Source: Ptychomitrium polyphyllum
Lineage: Eukaryota
Direction of reading: 5' to 3'
DNA: 64,000 nucleotides
Assembly (NCBI GenBank): GCA_973851085.1
Contig: OZ316775.1
Location: forward strand, 18,042,001-18,106,000
Position 1 is the first letter of the stretch. Each line of letters begins with the position of its first letter. Under the pieces are notes generated by a model. It was given only the letters and a program-made list of their open reading frames with translations. It did not search any database and was not told where the DNA came from. Of the stretch, positions 1 to 13,402 are shown in pieces. Made by a program: the position numbers and the translations under genes.

Positions 1-3000
1 GCATCTCCTCTACCATGCAAGCCGAGTACTAAAGGTTTGAAGACACCATCAGCACTGAGAGAAAGCACTTTACTCAACAGCACGGCTCTGATGCCCAAGG
101 TTCCCAAACCGTCTCCAGCGCGTAACACGCAATCTTTAGGCCAGAGTCAAGGAGCTCCAAATCAAGTGCCTCCTCAAGGTCCGGGCCCGGATCAAGGAAA
201 TGGCATCAGAAGGAAACTAAACCTAGATGTTCAAGCTGGAGGAATAATTGAGAATATCTTGAATGCGACTTTTACGGATTCCAATGACACGGGAGTGAAG
301 GTAAGTCGTGACATGATAGGTCGTGACATATTAAGTTAGTTTACCAAAGTGGATGGAGTTGCATTTTTCTGTCCAAGTGTTTACGAGACGGAATACCTTT
401 CAGTTACTGTGTATTCAATAATGGAAATTGAAGCGCTCGTGGTAGGAAGAGGCTCTGCTTGTTTAAGCAGGATCCTGATGCGCGTACTTCTCTCCTTTTC
501 GTATGAGCTGTGTGTCAGGTTTTAGTCAGAATGCGTCCGCTCAACAAGAAAGAGATTGTTGAGGAGGCTACTCAGGTGGTTGTAAAGACATCACCCAATT
601 CACTATCACTGGCTGACCAACAGTTCACATATGATGCAGTTGCTGGTGAAAATGAGTCGCAGGTATGCTGAATTTTCTAGGCACATGTAGCTTGACACCG
701 TAGTTCTACCTTTGTGCGAAATGGCCGCTTCTATGTCAGTCCCCTGACAGAAAATCCTGTTGTCTTTGCTTCGCTACTCAGCAAACCGTCTTCGACATGG
801 TGGGATTACCTATGGTGGAGAATTGCTTGGCAGGTTTCAACAGCTCTATTTTTGCATACGGCCAGGTATTGCAGTCATTCAGAACATGAAATACTTCTGG
901 ATGGATAGAAAGCTCCATATGTTCACAATATGATGGCACTATTGAATTCGAGCTCAGTTGGTTGGTAGAACTGCTTTTCTCTTTGTGACTCCGTTGTATC
1001 ACTCATTTCGTTGTTTTCATGTGAAATACAGACGGGAAGTGGCAAGACACATACTATGTGGGGCCCAATGCCTGATTCCAACTCGGAATTAATGGCCATA
1101 GAGGAACGTGGCGTCACTCCACGTGTTTTCGAGCAGTTATTTGCTCGCATCCAGCAGGTCTGTAATCTTTAATAGTGAACTACTCCGTCCTGATCACTAG
1201 TCTTCTGGAAGTAAACGACTTCTTCAGGAGTTTCACGGCTAACCTTAGATTTTTTGTGTTAACTGATTGGATAGCTACATGTTTTCAGGAGGAGCGAAAC
1301 AATGTCGATAAGCAGCTGCGTTACCAATGCCGATGCTCCTTCCTTGAGGTATTATCTATTGCACGCTGGAGATAATGGATAGGATGGTAGGTTTTGAAAC
1401 GCCTTCCTTGTAATAGGGTGACATTTCATTGTGATACGTACTGTAATGACGTGCGGATTGTGGATTGTTTCAGATATACAACGAGCAAATTACTGATTTG
1501 CTGGAGCCCTCTCAGAAGAATCTCTTGGTACGTACATTAAATGTCTGGTTGATTGTAGAATGTTAATCCTGGTGGTTGAATCTTTCCATGTTGGCGTTTG
1601 TCTTGACTACAAAATTGTGAGGAGTGGTTAACAGATCAGAGAGGACTCAAAGACTGGAGTCTATGTAGAAGGCCTTACTGAGGAATATGTGTCCAATTTG
1701 GATGACGTTACCCGCCTTCTTGTTCGCGTACGATTCTTACACCTCGGAATAACTCACTTTCCTCCAACCTTTCTTGATGACATTTCTGAGACATAAACAT
1801 GAGCCATCAGTTTGCTTCGAGGGGCGTTTCTAGTTACTTCCAAGTGAAAATTCTTCTATTACTAGTCACTACTGATATTGTCCTCACCTTAACAGGGATT
1901 GGCTAACAGAAGAGTGAGCTCTACGGCTATGAATAGCGAAAGTTCACGGTCACACAGTGTTTTTACATTTGTCATTGAATCCCGCTCTAAGGTAATCGCA
2001 ATGTCCCGTGCTTGTGGATTGATCAGTAAACCTACCTTTGTAAAACTTATTCTAGGCATTGTCGTAATCGACTCACGGATCATAATTTCTGTACAGAGTG
2101 CAGCAGAGGGCGCCAGTAGCGTTCGTACCAGCAGAATGAATCTTGTAGACCTCGCGGGTTCAGAAAGACAGAAACAGACAGGAGCAGCTGGCGAGCGCCT
2201 GAAAGAGGCGGGAAATATCAATAAATCACTGTCACAACTTGGGTAAATAACCAAATCGTGTACATAGAGCTTTTTGTGATACTAAATATCGCTTCGTCTT
2301 TCCTCGATGTCATCTCATCAGAAACGAACCGTCTAGTCGTAAGACGGAATCAACTGCTCTATGGCTAATAGCTCATGTTTGTATCTCAGAAATGTCATCA
2401 ACATCCTTGCGGAAGTGGCTCAAAGTGGGAAACATCGACATATTCCATATCGTGATTCCCGACTGACTTTCTTGCTGCAAGAGTCTCTTGGTGGAAATGC
2501 AAAGCTTGCCATGATATGTGCCGTCTCCCCAGCTAGCAGGTGTGAAATGTTGATATTGCTGGACTTGCCTTTCACGGGTATCAATTTTTATGAGGGTCAA
2601 GTAATGAGTACTAATGTGAGTTTGTTTTTTCTGAATGATTTTAACAGCTGTAAAACCGAAACGCTTAGCACCCTGCGGTTTGCTCAGAGGGCAAAGGCCA
2701 TGCAGAATAAGGCAGTTGTAAATGAGGAAACTGCAAACGACGTAAATCTTTTGCGCGAACAAATTCGACAGCTTAAGGTACTTTGAATGTTGGTGATTTA
2801 TCTTAATGCCTTTCGAAGCTGTTGATTTTTGATCGTGCTCATATACACAGCATCCTAGTTATAATTCTATCATTTTACCGCGGATAATGATGATACACTA
2901 TTGTGGACGGCAGGATGAGTTGATGAGGATGAAGGCGAACAACAGTCAGCCTGATGGAGTTGCAGCTTGTGGATTCACTACAGGATGGAATGCCCGCCGC

Positions 3001-6000
3001 AGTTATAACCTTCTCAAGCTAAGTCTCGGCCAGCCTATGACTATTCCTCCCAGCGAGGTCAGAGACATCGATAAGGAGCTGGAGCTTAGACCGGAAGCAT
3101 TTGATGAGGAGCTAGAAGTACTCAGCAATGATAAATCGAATGGTGAGGTTCAAGCATTAGTGCCTGTGCAGAATGAAAGACAGACACTTGAAGGTGTAGC
3201 TGAAGAACCAGGTTCATTTGATCAAGAGAGCTCAATGCTGTACGCGTCTGCAATTGCTGACACAAGTCATGCCCCAATAACTCCCACCTATAGCGTTTCT
3301 CCGAATGTGAAAGAGATCATGAAGGAACCATCAATTGAGTTCCCTTCTGGCCTGCCAAAGTCTCCCTTGAGTGGCGCATTTCGTATCAGCAAGGCATTTG
3401 CATCTACTACGGACCAGTTGGCTGCGAGCCTGACTCGCGGAATTGAGATTCTAGATAATCATCCGCAGAATTCTGTATCTCTTCTTAGAAGGTAGGATGC
3501 TCGTTTAGAAAGCAAATCTTGAGATTAAGTTCCTTTTGTCTCGTGATTTGATCTGTACTACGTAATTTTAGTCTCTAATGCTGGCTGAGGTGACCCATGC
3601 AGGTCGGCTGGGGTGCAATTTAATTTTCAAAGGAAGGAATATCCGACGTCAAGGAGGGAAGCAATGCTCTTGAGACTTACGAGTTCGTGCAATACTCCTT
3701 TGCCAAGACAAATTCAGGATGTTGAATGCACTCCAGATAAGAAAATCAGGCCGATGAGCCCACAAGCTGAGTCACCTTCAGGAGGGGAATTGTCTCCTTG
3801 GCCTCAGATCACACTAGAAGATTCTTGCAAACTTTTGGCTGCAACACCCCCAGCTCAGAAACAACGCGCTCAGGTAGATTTGTCCAGGATGAAGCCATTG
3901 CCGAAATAAAATATAAAACACCATAACACTCGTCTACTTTTGGAAGTTCTGGACGGTTGATGATTGTCTGATTCTCCGCGCTTGTAAGGGTTTGTTACTA
4001 GCCACTAACATCAGATGTGATTTGTACGTGTAGGCGTTGGAGGCATTACTCTTAGGTGCAGCTAGACGGGAAAAAGTTGCAGAAGAAAGGATTGCTCAGC
4101 AAGCTGCAGAACTCGAGCATCTCAATCGTCTGGTAGCGTTTTATCTCTACATAGTCCTGATTGTGCCCCCATTTGGTTACTTGTCACTCGTACATTGAGG
4201 TCACGATGTTCGTTTTCTAATCTTTTGTTCTTTTTCTGGCACTCAGATGTGTCAATACAAGTTAGAGAGGGAGTGCAATGCTGTTTTACAACAAAGTCGA
4301 GAGGAAAAGATTGCCCGGATGCAGTGCTTGATGGATGGTATCCTCCCTTCAGAAGAGTTTCAGAAGGAGGAATGGGCTGTTCTTAAACTCGAACACAAGG
4401 TGCACATCAACACGTTTTATCACCACATTTCACCACCTGAGTATTGGGCACTATACTTTACATGCTAGTTGAATATTAACTCATTCTTTGGGTGCCGGTA
4501 GTGATGAATAGATGACTGATTCAGTTCCTCGACCTTATATTATTCAGATTCTTCAAGAGAAGTTTGACCAACACCCGGAATTGGCAGAAGCGAAAGCCCA
4601 GCAGGAATTGCTACAGCATGAACTTGAAGAATACAGGTCCTTCTGTGATCTTGGAGAACGCGAGATTCTTCAGAATGAGATTGCGCTTCTTCGAAACCAT
4701 CTGACCGTATACCTTGAATCAGAAACATCTAGATCCTTGAAGCAGCGTCGGTTCTCTCACCCCATTAAAGACGCCGTTGCATCTCTTAGCGCTGTTCAGA
4801 TCCTGCCGGCCGACGCTTCACTGGAGGCACTACCAAAACAATCATTTACTTCTCATGATGGGAACGACTTATCTTCAGTGACAACTATGGAGGCCTCTGG
4901 TAGCAGGGATTTGGAGACGGATCAACATGAACAAGATGGCAACGAAGACTTGCCTCTGATAATTCAAGAACTGAGGGAGGAACGTGATCACTACATGCAG
5001 CTTGCGGAGAGGGGTCGAAAAGAACTTGAAGGGGAAAGGAGGTATGCGAATTATGTCATCCACTGGTGAATGTTCTCATTTTAGTCAGGAAGTTAAGGAG
5101 AACATTTCATCGTGATCCTCAGTAGCGTATTAATGTATTGAATTGGACTTCATGAGCAGTTAGCACTCCATGTTTAGTCTCACTGCTCCTCGGCGTTGAG
5201 ACTCCATTATGGGACATATGTGTCTTACTTCTTGGGATTTGTTCTCTGGTCGCAGGTGTTCACAAGAAATGCACGACGCGCTTCAGATGGCAATGACAGG
5301 CCATGCTCGGCTTCTAGACCAGTATGCTGAATTGCAAGAGAAGCACATCATATTGGTGTCTAAAATGCGTGAAATCCGGGATGGTGTGAACAACGTGAAG
5401 GCATTGGCCAAGAAGGCTGGATTGACTTGCTCCGAAGATCGTTGGTTTGATGCCCAGGCTACACAAATTGTGTATTTGAAGGCTGAGCAAGAACACTTTA
5501 AAGACGAGATCAAGGGATTACAATCTCAACTCCGCGATACTGCTGATGCTGTCCAAGCAGCTGGGGAGCTTGTGGTGCGACTAAAGGAGGCTGAGCTTGA
5601 TGCTGTAACTGCTAAGGTTTTCTCCTCAGACAAACACATAGTCCTAGACTACTGTCGATTGGAATTAGGAATCTGTGAGTATGTCGTTTGTAGCCACTGA
5701 TGATTCAGATTGTTCAACTTTTTACCTGTATGTTATGCACAGACGAAGATCTTCGCATCGCATGCGAAGAATTAACAGCCACCGAGCGTCTTCGAGTTTA
5801 TTTGAGACCCTCTGCCCTACATGCATTTAATTTTGTTCACTCGGTGACGTGACAGGAAGAAAGAGATACAGTAGAGCAGACTGTGCGTGCGCTCCGCAGA
5901 AAGCTCGATGTATTGCAAAGAGACCATGTTGAAGAGATGTCAACCTTGCAACAATGCTTACGAGAATTTGGTTCACAATTATGCTCGTTATGTGGGGCAA

Positions 6001-6443
6001 GCACGACAATAGAAGGCATCAAAGATAGCCACAATGTCCGTACTGGAGGTGCCATTGAGGCGGACCTGAAAGTTGAATTGGCAGAAGGTTCAAAGAGTAT
6101 CGGTGTGTCGGAGAGCTGTAGCAGTGTTTTAAATGATGACAATACAAGCGATGCTGATAGTTTGATAAGTGTTGCGGTAACGATTCTGAAGGGTTCTACG
6201 CTTAAGGATCAGACAAGTGTTTTGGAAAGCTGGTGTAGTGGCAAAGATGAAGGAGAGGAACACTTTGGATTTGAAGAAGATGGTGGGATTGAGATGCGGA
6301 CTTTATGCAGGAAAGGGTATCAGTATCTTAGAGATTTGGAAGCAGAGGAGCTTGAGGATGACATCCAGGATGATGAGTTTTTGTGTGAGACATGCGGACT
6401 GCCTGCTACCAACGGCATGAGAGTTTGTGACTTATGCGTATAA
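1..6443 (+). CDS. Kinesin-12 family motor, PAKRP1/KIN12A-B-like (phragmoplast kinesin); multi-exon, start codon upstream of the window
   Basis: Spliced exons give the motor motifs VLVRMRPL (519-662), [14 protein letters not shown] (782-865, 1032-1157), [32 protein letters not shown] and [20 protein letters not shown]. The tail [19 protein letters not shown] resembles the KIN12A/B C-terminal coiled coil. The last exon 5856-6443 ends in TAA. The frame is open from base 1. Confidence 0.92.
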
Positions 6444-8034
6444 TGGTAGATGAATTCATATTGCGCAATAAATCGTAAGCGCGTGGCGGAGAGGTCAAGA
6501 ACATGGCCAAAACGGTCGGGATGAGCTTGCGGCATCTCAGCCGAAATCTAAGCTTTGGGTTGGCCTCGTCCACAGTTCAGCTCAAAGCCTATTCTTTGAA
6601 ATGTTCAATGGCCGAATATATTTACTCGGAGTTCTCCTTGTGGGCTACGGTGGACCTGAATACGTGATTTTCCTACAACAATGATCCAGTTCGGAGGGCT
6701 AATCGGGTTCTGCAAGTCTCTCACAATATGTTCCAAAATTCCCCTATTTATCAACCGGAAGCCCAAACTGTTTGCGCTTACTCCTATTTTATTTTTGTAG
6801 AGATGTCTTACCAAACTAGAACGCGAAGGTCGGAACTCGATCAATCTAGTTTCAAAGTTCACCTTTCATATTACATAGTTTCGAGCCATAGCTTAGCCAT
6901 GTTCACATACTCATTGCAACCCATTAGCTTCTCATTATCTCATGAGAAAGAGGAGGTTGCACACCGAAGGTGTGCATGAGTAATAGTTGTCCCGGCTTTG
7001 TGTATTATGTACAGAGGGTAGTCCTCCTTTTAATGAAATAAAGCAATCACAATCTTTCGTGGCAACTATAGATCCGTTGTGAGACCATCGTGTTTGATAA
7101 TCCAACTGTCTACGACAACTTTTCCCATTAGTACCTATGTCGAACTAAAACTACCAGAACAATATATTCAAAAATGATTCACCACGTCCATTTCAACGAT
7201 GTATAAATTTGAATATCCTCGTTTCGCAAGTTGAACTCAGATTAAAAATTTAAACTAATTGGAAGCTTCGATGACTGCCGGCCCTTCATACGACAAAGAT
7301 TTGGTTAAGCACTGACAGCCCTGACCATCTCCCAATACGCTCGTCGGCATTCCATGATAACGATCACCGACTCCATGTGGTTGCTTGGCTGGTAAGGGCG
7401 GCCATGCTCTAAGAGTTTCAACTAAAAGGTTCAACTAACCTAGGTACGAAAATTTCCAGGATGCTAATATTTGTTACTCTACTACAATCTAACCTTGCTA
7501 TTATGACACTCCAGTATATGATAAACCTTAACTATAGGACTCCTTTTTGTGCGACCAATTTACCAGGTTCAAAATTTCCTCTATAGTATGATAATGACAC
7601 TTTGTAATACACCAATTAAGATTCTCCATTTGTCATATAATAGAAGTGATTAATACTTAATATGGATGAATTCATTTGAAATGATGAATATTTGAAAAAA
7701 AATAAGGAGCTTCATTTATTTATAATTGAAAATCTTATAAGAACTTTCAAAGTCTAGGATTAGAAAATGGTAGCTAGGATTTGTGTGGTGCTAGGGTTTG
7801 AAGATGGCGACTACTGTTTAGGTGGCAGCTAGGACTTGCATGGGAGTCAGTATTACATTTATTTTTCCTTTATAAAACCTAGCAAGTTTAGCACCTTAGT
7901 GTAACTTTCCATTTTGTGATTTTTTTCTCTTACCTTTGCAAAATTCACTCTAAAGAAAAATAAAATGAAAGGGGATTACAATTATCAAAACACTTTTGAA
8001 TCGAGATAGACTTACTTGAGGAAGGAGCACCTAC

Positions 8035-8082
8035 AATCACCACTTAAAGGAATCACCACTTAAAGGAATCACCACTTAAAGG
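8035..8082. repeat. Perfect tandem repeat, 3 x 16 bp (AATCACCACTTAAAGG)
   Basis: Units read directly at 8035-8050, 8051-8066 and 8067-8082. Confidence 0.95.
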
Positions 8083-9894
8083 AATAGAGCATACCAATAT
8101 CACATTGAATTGAATTGAACTTAATTGCAGCCAATAGTCTGAGTTTCCCATTTTCAAAAGTTTGAAAATCGAAGTTAACCAAATAAAGAAAATGTGATGA
8201 AACAAGTTGAAGGTTTGAATTTTATACTTAGTTGGGTGAAGATTCGAGAATATATCTCCTACAGTATATCCGTGTGCATACAGTCTGCCGTTCTAAGGTG
8301 CCGTCTGTACTGTACTGTCATATGCATTACAGAACGCCCATGGTAGAACAGTAACAAAATTAAACCAAGTCAAACACCATGAACTTTATATCAAGATTGA
8401 CCCAGAAACGATGACTTTCTGTTCGACAATTACGGAGTAATTATTCTCATGCAACTGATTCATTATACCAAGCACATTGCAGTATTTGGTTTCTCCCATT
8501 CGGGTAGATGCCCACACTAATCCAACTATTTAGAAAGATGAAGCAATGAAGTCTCAACATCCTTAATTTGTAGGCCGCTCATACAGTTCCAGAGAAGTAC
8601 ACACTCAAGTGATTGTCAGGATGAAATAAGAAAGCAACAATAAAATTGGAAATAATTCTGCACAACGGACAGTGTATGTGAATCAAGTGGACACAAAAGC
8701 AACAAGAATTCATGAAATACAATGACGACGTTCCATATAGGTAGAAGTTGGGGCTTAAGAGAATTGACGTACTAACGTAGACAGGGATAAATGGAAAACG
8801 TGCATTTTCGTAACTTCTAGCTTGGACTCTACATTAGAGATAAGCACAGAAAGCCCACTAAGAGGAAAAGACAGTAGGTCTGCTCACCAGTGAAATACGC
8901 CCCTTCTTCCCGACTCAGCCAACCTCAGTTCTAAAGACGTTGCAACGGCACTCACGCTCTGTTTTGTCGATTAGAGTAGCCAATATGAGTCCTTTCCAAG
9001 ACCCCACATTTTGAAAATTCAGATGCATAGCTTGAAAGCTTCGCTTGCAGGCAGTCTTACACCAGAGAGAAGTGAGAAATGGGTGACTGAAATGCTTGCT
9101 AACTAGTAATTAAGGTTAGGTAATAATGAGATATACGACCATCCAGGTCCTTATGCTCGAGGCAGGAAAGGCAGACCCTGGAATACCCAGCCCCACTCTT
9201 GGATGGAAAAACAAGAATGAAATAATACTACGGAATCCGAATTACTAAGTTTCCCAGACACAGGGGTTGATGTTGCAGGTCCCATTCAGACTTTGCAAAT
9301 GCAGCTAACCCTCCAGTCTCTAAAGAAAACATAATTTAGGCAAAAATGGATTTCCAAAACATGACATTTCCCACAAAAATCGAAAGAGTCAGAAAGAAAG
9401 AAAATGTGTCTTCGTTTTGCTTTACAGCTTATTCATAAAGCGACACGCCCTATGGACTACAAGTATATACAAGTATGAACTACAGTTGCTAATTCGAATT
9501 TCCGCACACGTGTGACAAACCTCACCAAAAACACTGTTACTCTGCTTCACATCCTCCATTCCGGCTCCTCTACACAATCCCAGCGGTACTTTGCAGCCTC
9601 TGTTTCGACAAAAGGTTCAAGTAAATCAGATAGTGAAACATCTCGTGATAAAGTTCACATCAGAAGCTAATACGCTACAAAACATATACATCATCAAATA
9701 ATTCATTGTTGTCACTGCCCCTGACAAAAAAGTGAGAAAATTTAAATTTAACCTCAATAAGACTGTACCTTTCATAGGCAAAATATATGTAAAGTCTTCA
9801 GCCACCTTTTCTCACCGCATCCTAGATAAGTCGTAATTTGTCTCCACATAATGTACTCTAGCCCTGTGTCATCTCTGTATGCTCGCCAATCGGA

Positions 9895-11576
9895 CTAGCT
9901 GGAAGCTACATGAAAATTACTGCCGTTAGATTAACAGCCAGAGAAACTGAACGTCCACAATAGGAACTGCGCAAATATAAGAAAGGCGAACAAAAATTCC
10001 ACAACAAGGTGCTAAAATACAGAAATAATAAAAGAAGCATGGCATAAGAAAGGACGCTTACGAAGGCCGAGGACCTCCTTGCAGCCATTTGCAGTCTCGT
10101 TATCCGTCTCTGGCCATTTCTCAAGTTCTGGTTGATTAAATACCATCGAATGATCTGTTAAACAACGAAGTACACGTTTGTAACCTTCTTGAAAGAGATA
10201 CGAATCCATGACGAGGAAGATCCGAAGAGCTTTTCAAGGACCCCCTCTTCATGCGTGTTTACTATCATCACACAAATAAATGGATCATTTGTAATGCAGG
10301 AAACTACCTTTTTGCCATTTCTTTGCTGCGCCTTTAATACCCCACTCCTCTCCAAGAGTCAGATGACAATGCTGTTTAATAGAATCAAGGAGTGTGAGGA
10401 GCTCATCAATATTTGACATGAAAGTCTTGCCAGTAAAGCCCATTTCCTTGATCTTGCCGATAGTCTCTGGACGAATTCCAAAGCCATCGAAGAAAGATTC
10501 CAAGTCTGCAGCTTCAGCTACGTTTGGTGCCTGTTTGGCAGCATCAAGAACCTAGATAAAATCTCACGACAAGAAACATACGCAGCCCTTCCGTTACGAC
10601 TAAGCAACGGTCATAACCGCATACAAATTCTTTTACACCCCATATCAAAATTTCACTACTAGACATCATAGACCAATCAGAAGACATGGATACTTCAAGT
10701 CGGTTCCAGTCGCAACACAACAACTGCAATGCTAGGTTCGAGTGAAAAATCTTTAATCATAGGCGCCATTAATCCATATCAATATTAAGCATAAATCTAT
10801 TTCAGAAAAACGCTTTCAAATGAAATACTGATAAGCCTATGCTTTATACTATCAAACTCGATATGTTGTCTGTAGTCCGTTTGCAGTGTGACCTGAATTC
10901 ATGACGACGAACAGCGTTCGAAAACTAATTTGGGTGAGCGAAAGAAGCTGTGTCGATCTTAACGACGAAAAACACATTGTCCAAGTGCTACTCATAGTCA
11001 AAAAATGAAAGGAAACAAGAGAAACGAGACATTAGAGGTTTCTTGGACCTTCCACTAATTCACAAATTTATTTTTTCTTAATAAGGACAAAAGAAAAGAA
11101 AGGGGCATGGATGACTTTTATACCGCAGACTTAACCGGCGAGAAATTAACGTAATTGACGCCAGGCAATCCCCCGGCCTGGAACACCATGCTCCGAAACG
11201 CCTGCTCCACAGCCGACTTCTCCCCCTTCTGCAGCGCGGCCATGAGATCCATCTGCTGCTGCGCGCTGTCGAGACTGTGATCCGACGACGACGTCGCGCG
11301 CGGCTGGCGAGGCGTGCGGTCCTGGCGCTTCCGCTTCACCTGCGACTTGGCGATGTCGATCAGCCGCAGCTCCTCGCGCGCCTCCTCCGGGCACGATGGG
11401 CACCCGGACACGCCCGCGGACCGCTTGTTCCCAAGCAGGTGCGCGCGGATGCGCATGGCGTTGCCCTGGAACTCTTTCGCGCAGTGCACGCACCGCACCA
11501 GCGTCGCCATGCCATGCCGCTCCGGCTCCTTCACCACCAACACATGACTCCACTCCACTCCCTTCACCTTCACCAT
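9895..11576 (-). CDS. Predicted chimeric protein: hAT-type BED zinc finger plus LEAFY-type SAM oligomerisation domain (about 265 aa)
   Basis: Exon 11576-11124 encodes W..H..CVHC..F.G...RIRAHL..C (zf-BED) and a hAT-like segment EQAFRSMVFQAGGLP. Donor GCG|GTATAA and acceptor tttatctag|GTT join it in frame to exon 10551-10308 (LESFFDGFGIRPETIGKIKEMGFTGKTF...LTLGEEWGIKGA, matching the LFY SAM pattern). A further in-phase exon follows at 10154-10062, then a stop near 9895. The splicing is predicted only. Confidence 0.6.
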
Positions 11577-13402
11577 CCCTCACCCTTCCTCCCTTCTTAC
11601 GTCCACCCCGCCCTTTCAATTCGCCGACTCACCATCCAGCGTTCTCAACCGAACCGAACAGAACAGAAAAGATTAAAAATAAAAAAAGAACGAAAAAATA
11701 TTCCTCCACCGAAAAAACGAACTTCCCAAGCTCCCGTGCCGCGAGCCCCTCGGTTCTCGTTTGCAGTTCCCTTCGCCCCCCGCAACTTCCTCCCACGCAC
11801 CCCTTGCGCTCACGCTCACAACCTTCCCCTGTCGCTCGCTAACCCTAGGCGCGCTGGGAACCAGCGCCCTGCCCGCCGTTCCCCTACAACCAACGCCCCG
11901 CGCCTCTACTCAACCCCCTCGCGCTCGCGCTCCCGCTCCCGCTCTCGCTCTCAGCCCTGCTCTCATCTCATCGTCAGAGTGCGAGTGCGTCAACAGCGCT
12001 CTCCTCGTCTCTCTCGTCGCGATCGCCCTGTTTACGACGCCTCCGCTCTCCGTCCCCCGGTCCCTGTCTCCCCACCGGTTTCTAGCCGCGACCTGCGGTA
12101 GCTAGGCTGCGTCCTGTGGTCGGATGCTCCATGGCTCCCCCTACCACTAGCTGCTGCACGGCTAGGATGGCGTCTCGCTTCTGTTGTTGCGATCCGACGG
12201 CACGGGCTTGGGTCCTTTAGCGCGGCCAGTCTGGAGGTGTCAGAGCGTACAACGGGATGCTGCTTCTGAAGGCGTTAGTGTAGTTAAGGCCGATGCTATC
12301 TACTGCTTGCGTACGCTGAGAATGGGGAATCTGCGAAATAAGTAGATAGTGTCGAATAATTTATTCTACCCGAGTTACTCGCTCTCAACTTACTATCCAA
12401 CTTAAATTTACGTTGAAACTGGCTCTGCAAGTTCCCAATGCTGGAAAAGAAAAAGAAGAAGCGAAAAGAAAATCTGAACCTGCGAATTGGCGAGAAGGCT
12501 AATTTTAAACGATGTTTTGTGATCTACGGTACTAGAAGGTGCGCAACCAGCCATAATTCTTTAGAGGAATCTGCCATTGTTGCTTTACGGTAAAGGAAAC
12601 GAGGCTCCAAGATGGTCGGGATTGCGTTTCTTTGGATACGGCGTGGTAACTTGCTGAGAAGTCATGTTCAATAAAATGTTTGGCCGTAAGAGAAGTTCGA
12701 TCGTCGATGAACGAAGTTCCACCCCCAAATAAAGTAGTACTGTAAGGTACAGTGAATGGCGGCTCCGAGTTGGGTCACACCATTTACATTGGAACAGCGA
12801 ATGCAGAAATTGTCCATAACGAATATTCTTTGAGAAGATTTGGAGAGTGAGTATGCCTTGAGAGCTTCTTTGATTCTGTGTGCGGTTTTCTGATTGCAGG
12901 TTAAGTTAAGTAAGCCGGACGTTTCTGATCAGTCAACACTTATGCTGACTCTGGGAGTCGAGACCCGCTCTGTCTGATTCACCTTCATTTGATCTTCTTG
13001 AAGAAGCTCATTTCCATATGTGCTTCACAGCTGATAAAAGTAGGGTTAGACTAAAATATGCAACGACAAGCACCGACCTCCATTTTTTTAGTGTGTGGTA
13101 TCCACTCGTCCTCGAACCACAACCATTTCCATTGATTTTCAACCTACGAGAATCATCTACACCGTTGCTGAGGAAAGACCACCGCACAAGGCTACCGAGA
13201 AAGCACTTTGGCGAAGGAGAAACATAAAGACTCCCTTAAAACCGAATCAAATTAACAATCGGATTGCGTTTTCTCATTCAAGAAAACGTTACACGGCGCA
13301 CCGTATAATCTTTCCCACAGGATATGATGCCTTAAGAACTCATGCTCTGCATACAATACTACAAGTCACAGCTCGGCCGATGTGGCCATTTAACGTTTAG
13401 AT

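Noticed and set aside
8035..8082. CRISPR-like array
   Set aside because: Contiguous tandem units without spacers, in a eukaryotic genome.
10285..10551. Calling this locus a canonical LEAFY gene
   Set aside because: Only the SAM-like exon is present. No LFY DNA-binding domain motifs were found downstream.
11277..12105. Long plus-strand ORFs (274 aa, 148 aa, 114 aa)
   Set aside because: Antisense shadows of the GC-rich BED exon and a low-complexity promoter region. They are Arg/Pro/Ser-rich with no domain.
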